From Adineta vaga (taxonomy: Eukaryota; Animalia; Rotifera), in the NCBI GenBank assembly GCA_021613535.1, contig CP075495.1, positions 7,254,001 to 7,318,000 of the forward strand: 64,000 nucleotides of DNA, given 5' to 3'. The number at the start of each line of letters is the position of its first letter. Positions within the stretch are counted from its first letter, which is position 1. A program made the position numbers and the translations under genes. This document shows, piece after piece, positions 29,388-42,313 of this stretch. The notes under the pieces were generated by a model that worked only from the letters and a program-made list of their open reading frames with translations, did not search any database and was not told the origin of the DNA.

Positions 29388-30479
29388 TTAAGCAAAAAAT
29401 TCTCGAGATGAAACACGTGTATAGGCATGTGATGGCGATTTTCGTGGACCTTCTTCTAATGCATATGAACCTTCATCTTTTTTACGCATTCGATAAATAA
29501 TAAACATTACAAGAAGAATGGCTGATAACATTCCAATTACAACTCCACCAATAATACCTGTATAATCAAAATCGATCCATAATCGTTTCATTAAAATTTT
29601 AAAAAATTCAACATACCAACAAGAATACCAGGTTTAGAAAATAGATCATGCCAAAGAAACGATGGCAGAAAAGGCATTCGTGATGTTGAAGAGAATTCGA
29701 AACCTTTCCTTATATTTAAATCAAGTATATCTGGCTTGATATCTGGTGTATTAATAGATTTTGTATCACCAAAACTGTGTCCATCATCTTGAATGGTTGT
29801 TTCATCGTCAAGATTTTCATTCGCATATGAATCAAGTTCTTCATCATAATCTTGTTTTTGTGCATCTTCGATGTGTGCAGGTAAACGTAATGTTTTAGTT
29901 GAAGTTAATTTTGATTGCGGAAATAATGTTGATGATAATGATGATGATGTTGAAGAAGATGAATGTGATAGTTCTACGGAATCTTCATTATTATCATCAT
30001 AAATATCTGGTCCACCTGAAATATAGAAAATAAATTTATTCAGTTGAATTTCAAACAAATTCCGTTTTCTCGTACCATCATAGGATAAATCATCATTATT
30101 TAATAATGTGGATATGGTTGAATTTGAACGTTGTTTATTGTTTAGTGACATCATCGTTCCATACTATGAAAATGAAAATGATCGATTTACTAGTTGATCG
30201 AATGAACAATACAAATAGAATATTTATTATCATTAAGCTTAGTTAAAGAAGATTAGCTAATCGAATATAATCATGCTATATTTCGTGCAAAACTAGCATG
30301 TACATCATTAGAAGAAAATGCCCGAGGGAAAGAAAAATGATATAATAACGTACTTGGTCTGGTTCAGCAACAGCAAGGATTGAACCTTGAAGTAACATGA
30401 TGAAAGTTATGAAACATGACAGTGAAAGTAAAGAGCATGGATAATGTGATCGCAGATGTGGATTATATTGATTTGCCAT
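29388..30479 (-). CDS. SDC: Syndecan
   Basis: Signal peptide, acidic/Ser-Thr ectodomain, TM with GxxxG, C1 YRMRKKDEGSY, PDZ-type end EFFA. 4 exons. Confidence 0.93.
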
Positions 30480-33400
30480 GATGATTTTTGTCAGTTAAAA
30501 ACAAGTTGTCATCTCTGGGCGATGGTACGATTACTCGAGCACGAATAGCAAATGAAATCCATTAGTAGAACTGAGAGTAACTATCGTCGTTATTGGAATA
30601 GAAGAGAAGAGAGGAGAATAGAAGAACAAGCAGAAGAAGAAAACGAGTGTTCTTGTGTCTGTGTGTGTGTGTGTGTGTCGAACGCTTGATATCTATCTAA
30701 AAAGAAACAAAGAATGAGAGAAAAAGAAAAAAACCAAGAAACAGAATAAAGAAAAAATACATCTTCCTCAACAATCTCTCTTTGGAGGAAAAGAAACAAA
30801 AAAAATTATCATGGTCACTAAACATGAAAAAATCGTGACGGCGACTTATCTCTCCGTGCATATATTCACATTTCATCTTCTCTACCCATCCTTTTCTCAT
30901 TCAGTCGCTCGTTTACTCGATGATCGTAATCTTATTTCTTTCGCACGCATACACATCTAGTCCTTGAATACTATGTTTCTATAAGCGTGTATGTCCGTTT
31001 CACACGCTGACCGTATACATCTTTCTATCAGATGTTAATCATTAATTTATGCAATGAGTCAAAGCAACATATGTTTTACTTTGTATAAGACAGAACAAAG
31101 TTAATTGCACTACTGACAAGTTTACAGAAGAAAAAAGAAAATGTTATACTATTTAGAATGATCATCGATCATAATTTGTAATTGCTTACTATCAATTCTT
31201 CTCGGTAGTCTAGTCGACATCCGTTTTATTGAAACGAAGCAGAAAAAAGCGAGAATGAATAAGTGATCAAGAATTGAACAGCGTTACGTCATACATCTGT
31301 GCAACTTGAGGAAGACAACGAGGCAAAAGAAAATTGAACATGCATATATGATGGAATAAGAGTATGAGAGAAAATGTCAACTTAAGACAGATAGACAGCT
31401 GTGTATATAAATATCTGGGTGTGTCAGAACAATTACATCATCATTTAGTTCGTCATTTTTCTAACGATTGACACTGGCTGGAATTTCAGTCGTTTTTTTC
31501 TTTCTATTCATTGACTTTATCAAAGCAAGATTTAATCAATACACTTATAGAAACGTTTGTTCTATGTTTTCTTCCTCAGGTTATGAGACCCTTAGAAAGC
31601 TTCTCATTCTCCTCTTTTTTTTCTCGTCTATATATACACTCATATCTAAATAAAGAAAGATTGCTCATATCGACAAGAACAACAATATTGATGAAAGACG
31701 TATTCGTGCATACGTACATGAGTTACTACATGAAAAAGAATCTTATAAAAAGTTTTACTCGTAGGCATAATCGAATGGGAAAATATTCTACTGAATGACA
31801 TGTGTAGGATGACGTATAGTTTAATGTAATAAAACAATCATTTTTTTCTATGCTATACTTTCATACACGCAGCTGTCTCATCATGTAATTCAACACAGAA
31901 AAGAAATCAATTTCTATACGCATATGTATTCTATTTAACAGTCGGTTGCCGCTACTATATTTCAATTTCCTGAGTAGCATGTCGCGCAAATAGTTTTATC
32001 TCCGCTTCTTCTCTGTGTCTGTCATCAGCCTACTTTTACTCACTTCTTTTGTATATATATATTGTGTCTCTCTGTATGAGCAACACTCTAATGTCGATGA
32101 GAATGTTTCTTTGTATCCTATGTAGACTGTCTTCGTTTGTGTACTGTCAACGAGTGAATGAGCAAGTAAGCTTGCTGCCGTTCTCTTCTTTTTTTCTTGC
32201 TTCTTTTTCTTTTTAGCTCTCCTAGTATGTTCGTTATAGAGAGAAGAGAATGAAGGTTGGTCCCTTCTGTTCATTCGCTCTTCTTCCTTATTTTATTCAA
32301 ATCGGTCATCATTTTTGAAAGAACGCTTAAACAAGGTCAACTCATCCTATTGGATTCACTTTACATTAGTCTTTCCCGCCTTTACTTTGTTAAAAAACTC
32401 ATGATTCAACTTACGAAAGATATCATATAAAGTTGATCATGAGACGTGTGAGAAGATAGAAATTCATCAAATAGTAAGACTAAGAACAATAATAATTATC
32501 GATTGCTGACCGAACACACTCTCGAATGTGTACTTTGAGATTATATGAACTTTTCTCATATATATGTCAAAAGTTCGATCAAGCATCGAATAGAGCATAG
32601 ACAACATTCGAGAAAAAGAAAATTTCTTTATTAAATCTTAATGAATAATACGCATGTCTTGATTATTATGTTAATAGAATGCATAATAATCATGTTGAAT
32701 GAACACTTTATTCTATGCAATCTTCAATCGAACTTGTTGAACATTATTACCGTCGTTTTAATATTCTTTTCTTTTCTTTTACTCTCTTTCTCATTGTCGT
32801 TCGTTTTTTACCATATGTACATACATATTGTTCGACAATCAAGTCTAGACATGCAGAAAACGGATAGTGCAATGTCACACACACGCGCGCGCTTACAATG
32901 CAATGATGAGAAGAAAGAATAAAAGAGGAGCTAATCGTGAAAATGATTGTTTATTTGTTTCTCCGATGGAGATATAACCAATGATGAACAGTTATCAATC
33001 CTATTGCGATTAATAAAGAAATAAAAGTAAAAAAAAAACAATAAGTTATGTCAATAAAAGAAAAATTTTGTTCGATTACACAATAGAGTTACAATAATGT
33101 TGACAGAAAATAATCAAACGAGAAAGAATATCTTCGATAGGAAAGACAAATAATCAATACTGTTCTTCTCAGTATGAGCAATATACTCTGATAATAAGTT
33201 AAATCGGATGTAAAAAAAAACAAAAGGAAATGCATTCCAGCTGTTCTACGGTGTGCAGATAATCAAGAATAAATACTTAAGAAATCACAAGGACATATTT
33301 GATTTCATTAAAATCTTCAATGATAATGATGGTTCTATGATGAGAGAGAGCGAGATGATAAAAGAACTCTTCATTAATTGATATTTACTATCAAAGATTG

Positions 33401-33614
33401 AAAACAAGTAACATCAAGTAAAGAGATTATTTATTTGAGAATTCAAATCCAAAGAAAAACAAAAATACCATACATTTTCTTTCACAACACAGATTTAATA
33501 CTAACAAATAGTATATATATATATATATTATGCATTGAATGAGAACAGTGAAAATAAAAAGACTTTTTTTTCTATACATCTACACAACAGTTGACTAGAC
33601 AATGAAATGAGATT

Positions 33615-35833
33615 TTATAATGATCGAAATATAGCATAAGTGCCAATAACAACCAGATGTGAAGCAAAATTAAGTCGAGCCCATTTATCAAGAACATGTT
33701 GCCAAGAATAACCAATTGTTTCTTGTGCACTATTATCAAATAATTGTCCCAAATAGGTGAGATGCCACAAACTAAGAAGACATAAAAATGTATTAAGAAT
33801 TAGTGTCATAGGATGCCAATATGTATATGTATGTTTGTCACATGATGAACGTGATGGACATGCACGTGCTGCAACACATGCATCAAGAATATTAGCTAGT
33901 TTACGTCGAAAACCATATTCAACATAAGCAAATAAACCAATAGAAAATAAAACGATTGATAATTGAAAATTGAAACCATGTAAAAGTGCTGATGCAAGAT
34001 ATGTAACAAGAATGGATGTTAAATGACCATATCGTTGTTTCATAGGCATATAAACGTAGATTTTCAACCAATAATGCATAGGTAAATTCCAATTAACAAC
34101 AACATCAACTAAGGAATGTGGTAATTCAATATGAAATGGTTTAACAATGGCAGATGAATGTGTACTCGACGATGAAAGAAAAGTTTGAGAAAGAGTTGGT
34201 TTAGCTGATATCGATGATGATGAATTGACTAGATTCGATCGAATGAGAGATTTTCGTTTAATCGAGGATAATATTGGTAAGCTGTGTGACGGAGATTTCT
34301 TTGAACTACGTCGATTGACTAGAGATCGATTGATTGAAGGATCTGATTCTTCATTTATTGTAAATTCAGGTTCAACAGATATGGAATGTCCATTCTCCAT
34401 AGTCGTACTAAAAAAGACAACAATTAAGTCATATTCATGAGTATAATATGTCATATTTTGTAGTGAGATCTTGTTTCATTCAAAATCATTTACTTTATCT
34501 GACTTGAAGTATTGTTTTCATTCATTGTTGTAGTAATTTCATCATGTTCTACTTGTTTGATACTATTTTTCTTATGTTTATGTTTTCGTTTTCCTGCATG
34601 TAAATCTGATATTGTCGTTGTCATTTCTGCTTCTGCTTGTTCACGAGATTTTCTTTCTATATCAATTCGTTCTTTCGCTTGTTGACAAATGTGTGTATAA
34701 TTTCGATATTCATCAGCATCGAATTCAAGTCCACTTATTTGACCACATAATTCACCAATAAAACAAACACTATAATGACTAAATCGATAGGATAATGCTT
34801 GAATATAAGCAATACGCCATCCATTTCGCTGATGATCTTGTTGATCATCATAAGAAATTATATTTCGAAGAAACCAATCTGTTAAACATGTTGAAACAAG
34901 AAGAGACACAGCAAGACGAAGAAAATAATACGTCCATCTTGCTAATTCAAAAAAATCTATTTTTCTTATGGATTTTTTCTCATGAAAACGACTAATATAA
35001 TTTCGATAATTAATCCATGGTCCAAATATTGTATTATGAATTGAAAGCACATAACTAAAGAATTCAATATTCGTTGGATAAAGTACTGATTCATCTGTAT
35101 TCGTTGTCGATAATTTCTCAAAATAAGGATAATCAATCGCTAAAGATATCATTTTCATCATTATACACATTTGTACTCCACGAATACCTATAAAATATAA
35201 GATTAACTTTATCGTTGCTCCATCTTCATACTTACTATGCCATTTTTCTTGTTCGATCAAAATAAATTCACATGCAAGTACATAAATAATGGAGAAGAAA
35301 ACAATAATGTAAGTTAAATATTTTCGACATTTTTCCAAACAAAGTTGAAACGCTAAATATCCCATAAAGATATATGTTAACAAATAGATAGATTGAAAAT
35401 GAAAATAATTGTAGAGTATAAAGATGCTGGAACAGATTTGTATGTAATGAAGTGTTCGAGAAGAAAATAATTTTGATAAACAAAGAAGACGAAATAAACA
35501 ACAAAATAAAAGAATCCAATATAATTGATTAACTAATTGAGATAATGCTGGTGAAATACAATTTTCTGTCAAATCTATTAAAGAATAGATTAATGGAGAT
35601 GATGAAGAGTCAGATGGAAGAGAATTGTATGATGGTGAACTATCATATGGCATGGATGAATTGGGTGGTGAAAGTGAAGTTAATCGTACATATTCATTAT
35701 CGAGAAATTGATTAAAATCAGCTGATGTTTCAATTCCCGATTCTAGCCAATCATTATAATTCCAAATCGATGTATCTTCATCATAATCTTCTTCAGTATC
35801 ATCCAAGAAATCTGACAAATCTTCGTCAATCAT
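33615..35833 (-). CDS. PORCN: Porcupine, Wnt O-palmitoleoyltransferase (MBOAT)
   Basis: WHSIRGVQMCIMMK (after removing 48-nt intron 35188-35235), FGPWI, FSHYSV, IELPHSLVDVVVNWNLPMHYWLK, YLASALLHGFNFQL, WHLTYLG. Confidence 0.93.
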
Positions 35834-35997
35834 TCTTTTCTAGAATAGAATATATTCAAATATTAAAATTAACTTTCATCGTGATATACAAAGTCGTTTT
35901 TTCTTTCTAATGAAAAGTAAAAAAACGAGGAAGAGAAAATTTCTTTTATTTTGATCGAACAAACAAGCACAAGAGGAAAACAAATGAAAAGAAAAAG

Positions 35998-36348
35998 CTA
36001 AACTTTATTTGCTAAATCTTCGGAAGCTATTGCTTGAAAATCATTATATAAATTTAATAATGCGCCTGTATTAACATTCGTATCTGCAGCTATAATAAAA
36101 ACCAAAGGTGGAACATTATACGTTATTATTTGTCGAGCTGACCAATAGGTAACAACTGTTTTTAGCTTTTTTAAATTCATTCGTTGACTTTGATCCTGTA
36201 ATGTTTGTGCTGATGGAATGATTGTTTGTAAATCAAGTTGATCAACAGCTTCGGATGTTGGTAATTTTAAGACGGGTGTACCATCTTTATCAAGGATAAG
36301 TACAGCTTCAATTCCATCAATATGAGCAAACAATTGTGGGAGTGTCAT
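35998..36348 (-). CDS. LAMTOR3: Ragulator subunit LAMTOR3 (MP1), roadblock fold
   Basis: IDGIEAVLILDKDGTPVLK...PLVFIIAADTNVNTGALLNL resembles MP1 (VEGLHAIVVSDRDGVPVIK...ANTGLIVSL). ATG at 36348. Confidence 0.8.
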   Translation of the reverse strand: MTLPQLFAHIDGIEAVLILDKDGTPVLKLPTSEAVDQLDLQTIIPSAQTLQDQSQRMNLKKLKTVVTYWSARQIITYNVPPLVFIIAADTNVNTGALLNLYNDFQAIASEDLANKV

Positions 36349-36750
36349 TTTTTTTCCAAGAATAAAGAAATTTCTTTTCAAATAGAAGAAAAACTATAAA
36401 CGACGACGAAACTGATTACAATTACAACAAGACTGACTGGCTTGGCTACTTAAAAGATTCATTGGAATATTTTGTGGTACCAATGCAATTATAGAAAGAT
36501 AGATGTCGCTATTCAATTTGTTTTAACTGATTACAGGCACCGGCCTTCATTGAATTCACTTCTTTTCATGTATATAACAATGCGATAATAGACGAAACAG
36601 ATTTGTAACTTTATATGATAAATTGTAACGACATACAATGTATTTTTATTTAACTCCAATTAAACGACATCTAGATAAACGAAAGAGAAATGTTCTAATA
36701 GTAATTTCGACTGTAAAAAAAGAATCATCATAGACTTTTCTTCATCATGA

Positions 36751-37608
36751 TTATGTGTTCCTAATTTTTCGTAGATTTGGAGAAATGAATATTAATATCA
36801 CAGAAACGATTAACATCGAGAATGTTGCTGAAAACCATTGAAATTGAGTTGACCAAAATGGTAAATGTCCTGAAAATTGTACATATAAACCTATGCCAAA
36901 TGCAGGCATTCCAGATGCGATTAAGATTGTTAAAACTATGAATATTCGTTTTAAAATAAGAAAATCTCGACGATCATTTGCCAGTTGACGTATAGTTTTA
37001 ACTTTTGCGCTTACTTTTCGAATATAAATCATTGTATAAACATAAGAAATTGTTGTCAACGAAATAGGTATCGTATGAACAAGAGATAGACCAATAAGTA
37101 AACCACGTATATTATGTATTGCAATTTGACAATGATAATCATGTGGAAGATATTCAAATGTTTGAAGTAAAAATACTGGTATAACTTGTATAAAACTTAA
37201 AATCCATTGAAATATGATTCCATAAACATATAATCTAAATGATTGTAATGCCGGTTTTCGATACAAAACAATCCGACATAGACGATAAATAGCTTGAAGT
37301 AAATATGAATAAAAGAAACCACATCCACTAACATAAAATAAATATGCTTTTATATAACACCATTGTCCATCGAATGAAACGTTTATATATAAATGACCAT
37401 AAAGTGTATAACAATAAATATCTAATACAATAGCGCAACCAATAAACAGACTTACATACATATTGATACAAAGCATATGAGCTATTCGATCACCCTTTAC
37501 AGTAGATTTATGAAATAGCATTATAAAAGTCATAATTATACAAATTAATACTGTCAATGATGAATTTACAATTATTAACGAGTCCAAAACAATATTAATG
37601 ACATTCAT
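36751..37608 (-). CDS. Intronless 7TM GPCR-like receptor (orphan/chemoreceptor-like)
   Basis: Seven hydrophobic segments; TM3 Cys (WCYIK), QAIYRLCRIV at the DRY position, ECL2 YHCQI. Confidence 0.75.
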   Translation of the reverse strand: MNVINIVLDSLIIVNSSLTVLICIIMTFIMLFHKSTVKGDRIAHMLCINMYVSLFIGCAIVLDIYCYTLYGHLYINVSFDGQWCYIKAYLFYVSGCGFFYSYLLQAIYRLCRIVLYRKPALQSFRLYVYGIIFQWILSFIQVIPVFLLQTFEYLPHDYHCQIAIHNIRGLLIGLSLVHTIPISLTTISYVYTMIYIRKVSAKVKTIRQLANDRRDFLILKRIFIVLTILIASGMPAFGIGLYVQFSGHLPFWSTQFQWFSATFSMLIVSVILIFISPNLRKIRNT

Positions 37609-40418
37609 TGGTATGACTAGAAATGTTCGTTATTTTATGAAAATGATCAGGAAGAATATACTTTCTAGAAGATAATATTTTATGAAATCTTCATCTATGT
37701 AAGACCTATCTTTTAATTAAATTTCATTCGGGAGATAGTCTTCTAGACAAAGTTGGTATTATTTATTAAAATATACTTTATTGAATTGAAACATCTCTCA
37801 CTATGTAGATATTCTCAAAAATAAATTCTTTGACGCAGTATATTTATTAATTATTGTTTAGGAATATGCATTAAGGAGGTTAGGCCTGCAACCAGAGTCG
37901 TTCATCATTGACGCACATATGTAACTGAAAAGTCTAAACTATGCTTATATTTTACACTCATTTGTTTTTATTGATTCAAAAGAAAAATGAATATGTCAAT
38001 AATGAAATTCGAGTGCAAGCGTTTGATTATAAAACACCCAAATATGCATGTTGATCTTTTACATATAAGACCTTTATCTCGATGACGAGTGTATACAATA
38101 TCTCAAACTAGATCTTACGTTCTGTGTTTCTTTACACTAATCAAGTTTATTTTATAAAAGCTCAGGGTATGGGATGACGATGCCACATACAGCTACAGGC
38201 TCATCTATCTGCACTCAATAAAACCTTTCTATCTACTGATATGTCAAAAGAAAAGTGTAGCAATATTAACTAACTGCATAGTTGCAACTCTACGATCTCA
38301 CTATATTCATGATTCGAAGGTAATCCAGAGGATTAAAAATCTACGTCTTATGTTCCTCGAAAGTCAATCCTTTTGAAATAGTTGACACAATTCGATTAGG
38401 CTTATTCTGTAAAAACGTCATACTTCTGACAAGAAAAGGTTATTTTTATAATATAAGGCATGACGATTCAAACAGTAATTATCCATAAAATAAATTGAAA
38501 ATATATATTTAATAGTGAAATTTTCAAGTAAGTATGAAATAAACGAACAATTGAAATTTGAATCCATGCTCAAATATAATACACTTTATGAAAACAGAAT
38601 CAATAGAGTAAGAGCTCAAGTCGTTATATCTAACATATTGCTTTACACAAAAATTATTGATGAGACGATAATTGTGATTTTGTATTTAAATTCAATATCA
38701 TTGACTACGATTTTTTTACGTACATATTCTTCAAATTTAATCTTCATAGTTAAGAGTTATGTGTCTTGTAACTTATAATTATCATTTAATCAAGAACATG
38801 ATTGATAATATGAATAAAAGTACAGATCAATTCATTTATTGATGATAGTTACTAGATCGAGTAATATGTTTCTCAAAAAGCAGGCGAAGTTCTATATAAT
38901 GAACAATATGACGTCATTAATCAATTATTAATTACATACAAATATTCATGAAAGGATTTCTTTATTAGAGTATAAAATGAAATCAATGGATATGAAAAGA
39001 TATCTGTTATTAGATTAGATCTTTTTTTTTGTTCCACATTATTCTTCCTAATATATATTGAATAATAATTAAGCTAATAATATTCATTGTGGCAAACGCC
39101 AACAAAGCTTTTTGTGTAAGGAATAATTTTTAAAGATATGATTGAATAAATATGACATAAAACGATATGTAATCAATTTATTCGTATGGCAAAGTCGTCA
39201 TAGAACAATTATATGTAGAAAAACAATAGATAGGCATTAAATAGCAAGTTAACTTTCTCGTTGTCTCAAACATGAATATTTAATATAATGTTACGTAAAA
39301 TGCCTGTAAGTAAATAATATTATCTATTTAGCTAGATTCATATCTTCGATTTCGTATTTACACTTCACCTTATGATATGATAAAATTTAAAAATAACATG
39401 GCGCGATATTAAACTAACACAATATTTAAAAGTACGAAAGTTAAAGTTGATTCATATTAAATGTCCTTAATGGTTCTCGATACTGATTTTGTTTTAGTTT
39501 TCTATTGTCAATAGAGTCTGCTTATATATGTATCTCTGTATGAGAATAAGTTTATGTAGTTCTCTTTCCTTTTCTTTGTCTGTTTATTGAGCTGGTTTTT
39601 GGTTTAAGTTGGACTGTCACATGAGTTCTCTTCTAACCAATAAAGACTCTCGAATGATTTATTACTTCGTATGGTAGTGACTAACTAGAACGAGCAAGAC
39701 GCAGGAAAGAAAATAGTATCTTATTTTTCAATTGGATGAACGAAGGTCTGGATGGAATGGAGGAGTTGAATGAGACTTAATGGAAAGATTTTCATCTTTT
39801 TCTCCCTCTATATAAATATACACAATAAATAAATTGGTTATAGCTTGTTGTTGTTTTTTTCTCAATCAAACCATTGCTTTTACTGAGGGAAGGCGTGAAA
39901 AATAAGCAGAACGAGTTTATAAGAATACTGTCGTCATCATTATCAATTAAAATATTTTTGTTTTGGCACCAGCTTACTCAAAAATAACAATAGTATAGTT
40001 CTCCTAATATTTTTCTATTTATGAGATGTAGATTATTGCAATTGATTTTATAGTAATTAAAATATCATTCGTCGTACATGATACAATTAGGTTATAAGTT
40101 TTTGGGATTAATTTGTTGTTCCTTCCAAATAACGTTTATTGTACTTCAAGAAAGATGTCACTTTATCGATGTATTTATGTGGTTTCTTTTGACAAAAAGA
40201 CTAATATTTACTTTTATTTTTCTTTTCCAAAATAATATTTGTAATCGCATCATTTTACTCGCTTTTTCTCTAACTGACACGTATAACAATTTTCTTTCTG
40301 TTTTAGGTACTTGTTGATAAGGTTGTTTATCAAACCTATCTTATAGCCATCGATAATCTTCTCACTAATTGAGATCTTTGTTGCATTATCATCAAATTTA
40401 GATAAATAGACTTTTGTT

Positions 40419-41657
40419 ATGGCTCCAAATGGTGAAACCAATCATGAAATTCTGCCACCTGCCCTTTCCGATCCATCTTCATATATAAATAATAGTGATC
40501 GTTTACATTTATGTATTAATGGACAATGGTATGATCTAACTCAATGGCAAAATATACATCCAGGTGGTACAGAAATACTTCAACATTTAAATGGAAAAGA
40601 TGCAACAGATGCATTCTATTCTTTACATAGTGAAGAGGCTATCAAACGATTATCATATTTAAAACCATGTTCATCTGCACATGTTCAATATACATTACCA
40701 TATATAGAACCAACTGATATCACAGTATCATTCCGAAAATTACGAGAAAAATTAATCAAGGAAGGATATTTTAAACGATCAGTATTTTGGGAATTATTTT
40801 ATCATATGTCCGTTTATGTTTTATGTTTACTTGGCACATTTTGTTATTTTTATTGGGGTTTAAAATTTCTAGCTATTCTTTTGATTGGATTTGGTATGCA
40901 ACAAGCTGGTTGGATTGGACATGATTATGCACATGGAAGAGGATCATGGATGCGACGATTATGTCAAACATTATCTGGTTTTGTTAATGCATTTAGTCCA
41001 ACTTGGTGGTCACAAAAACATAATACACATCATGTCTATACGAATAATCTTGGCATTGATACAGATGTAGCTAATGATCCAATATTTCATTTATTTTTTC
41101 CTTCAAAAGATAAAGATGTTTGGTTTCGATCTTATCAACATTTATATTTTGTTCCTGTTTATTCCTTACTATATTTAAGTTGGCGATCACAATCTATTCA
41201 ATATTCATTTCGTACAGGAAATTATAATGAATTGGTTTTAATGTTGCCAAGTTACATATGGCTTTATACACTTGGTTGGCAAGTTGCTCTTGGCTCTATA
41301 CTTCTTGGTGGTTTTCTCGTCGCTGCTATCGTTACAGCAACGCATCAGAGTGAAGAAATGCTTAGTGATTCTGATCATTCATTTGTTGAAACACAATTTT
41401 TAACAACATGCGATGCTCGATGTGACAATTTTTTTATGGAATGGTTATGGGGTGGAATGCAATATCAACTTGAACATCATCTATTTCCCACAATGCCCAA
41501 ATATAATTATGCACGCTTGCGACCAATTGTTAGACAATGGGCGAAAGAAAATGGCATTGAATATAGATGTGAAAGTGTTTGGTCAATTTGGTATCGAAAT
41601 TATCAAACGTTAAAATATTTTTCCAATACAAATAATGACAGTAAAAACGTATTTTAG
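40419..41657 (+). CDS. Cytochrome b5-fused front-end fatty acid/sphingolipid desaturase, intronless CDS
   Basis: HPGG heme motif; His boxes HDYAH, HNTHH, QLEHH (Q-type third box). Confidence 0.92.
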   Translation: MAPNGETNHEILPPALSDPSSYINNSDRLHLCINGQWYDLTQWQNIHPGGTEILQHLNGKDATDAFYSLHSEEAIKRLSYLKPCSSAHVQYTLPYIEPTDITVSFRKLREKLIKEGYFKRSVFWELFYHMSVYVLCLLGTFCYFYWGLKFLAILLIGFGMQQAGWIGHDYAHGRGSWMRRLCQTLSGFVNAFSPTWWSQKHNTHHVYTNNLGIDTDVANDPIFHLFFPSKDKDVWFRSYQHLYFVPVYSLLYLSWRSQSIQYSFRTGNYNELVLMLPSYIWLYTLGWQVALGSILLGGFLVAAIVTATHQSEEMLSDSDHSFVETQFLTTCDARCDNFFMEWLWGGMQYQLEHHLFPTMPKYNYARLRPIVRQWAKENGIEYRCESVWSIWYRNYQTLKYFSNTNNDSKNVF

Positions 41658-42313
41658 GCAAACAAAAAAAGCTTCAGGTCTTTTTTTCTTTGAATGAAAA
41701 ATCACTTTGTATTTCTTGCGTAACACCGTTGTATTACTTCACTCTCATTAAACAGTTCAAAATAAAATTAATCATGAGCAATTAACTATAAATTGCAGTG
41801 ATATAAATAAGAATCTTTCAGTTACAAGTAAAATTAATTCAATGATCCAAGCAATCATTGAATGAAATATATGAACACAATAGAATTATTATGAGACTTT
41901 TGGAAGAACAAAAACCGCTATTCTCAGACAAACATCGTCACCCTCGAACACTATCGTTTCAGTTGTCAGACGAGAAGCTATAGGATTACTGCAAAGGTTT
42001 CTATCTTCAATAAGTGTAACATACAAAATATTATTTTTTAATCAAGTCGAAAAAAAGACTTCTAATTACCATTGTATGTTAGCGTCGTATTTTGATATAG
42101 TGTTACCATGTGACTTTCTATTACAGATATTTAAATCGTTTTTTTTTTGAAATAATAAGAAAATATCTACAACTAGTGTCGAGTTCATCTATACTTCATA
42201 CACTTCACTTGAAGTATTTTTTATGTTAAACGAAGAAGATTATTTCAAAAATTCATAAATACATTTTAATGTATTTTCTTTTAATATGTAATTATTTTTT
42301 GATCGAATGTGAG

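Noticed and set aside
33615-41657. Desaturase supplying palmitoleate to neighbouring Porcupine
   Set aside because: PORCN uses delta-9 (SCD) product; this enzyme is a b5-fused front-end type.
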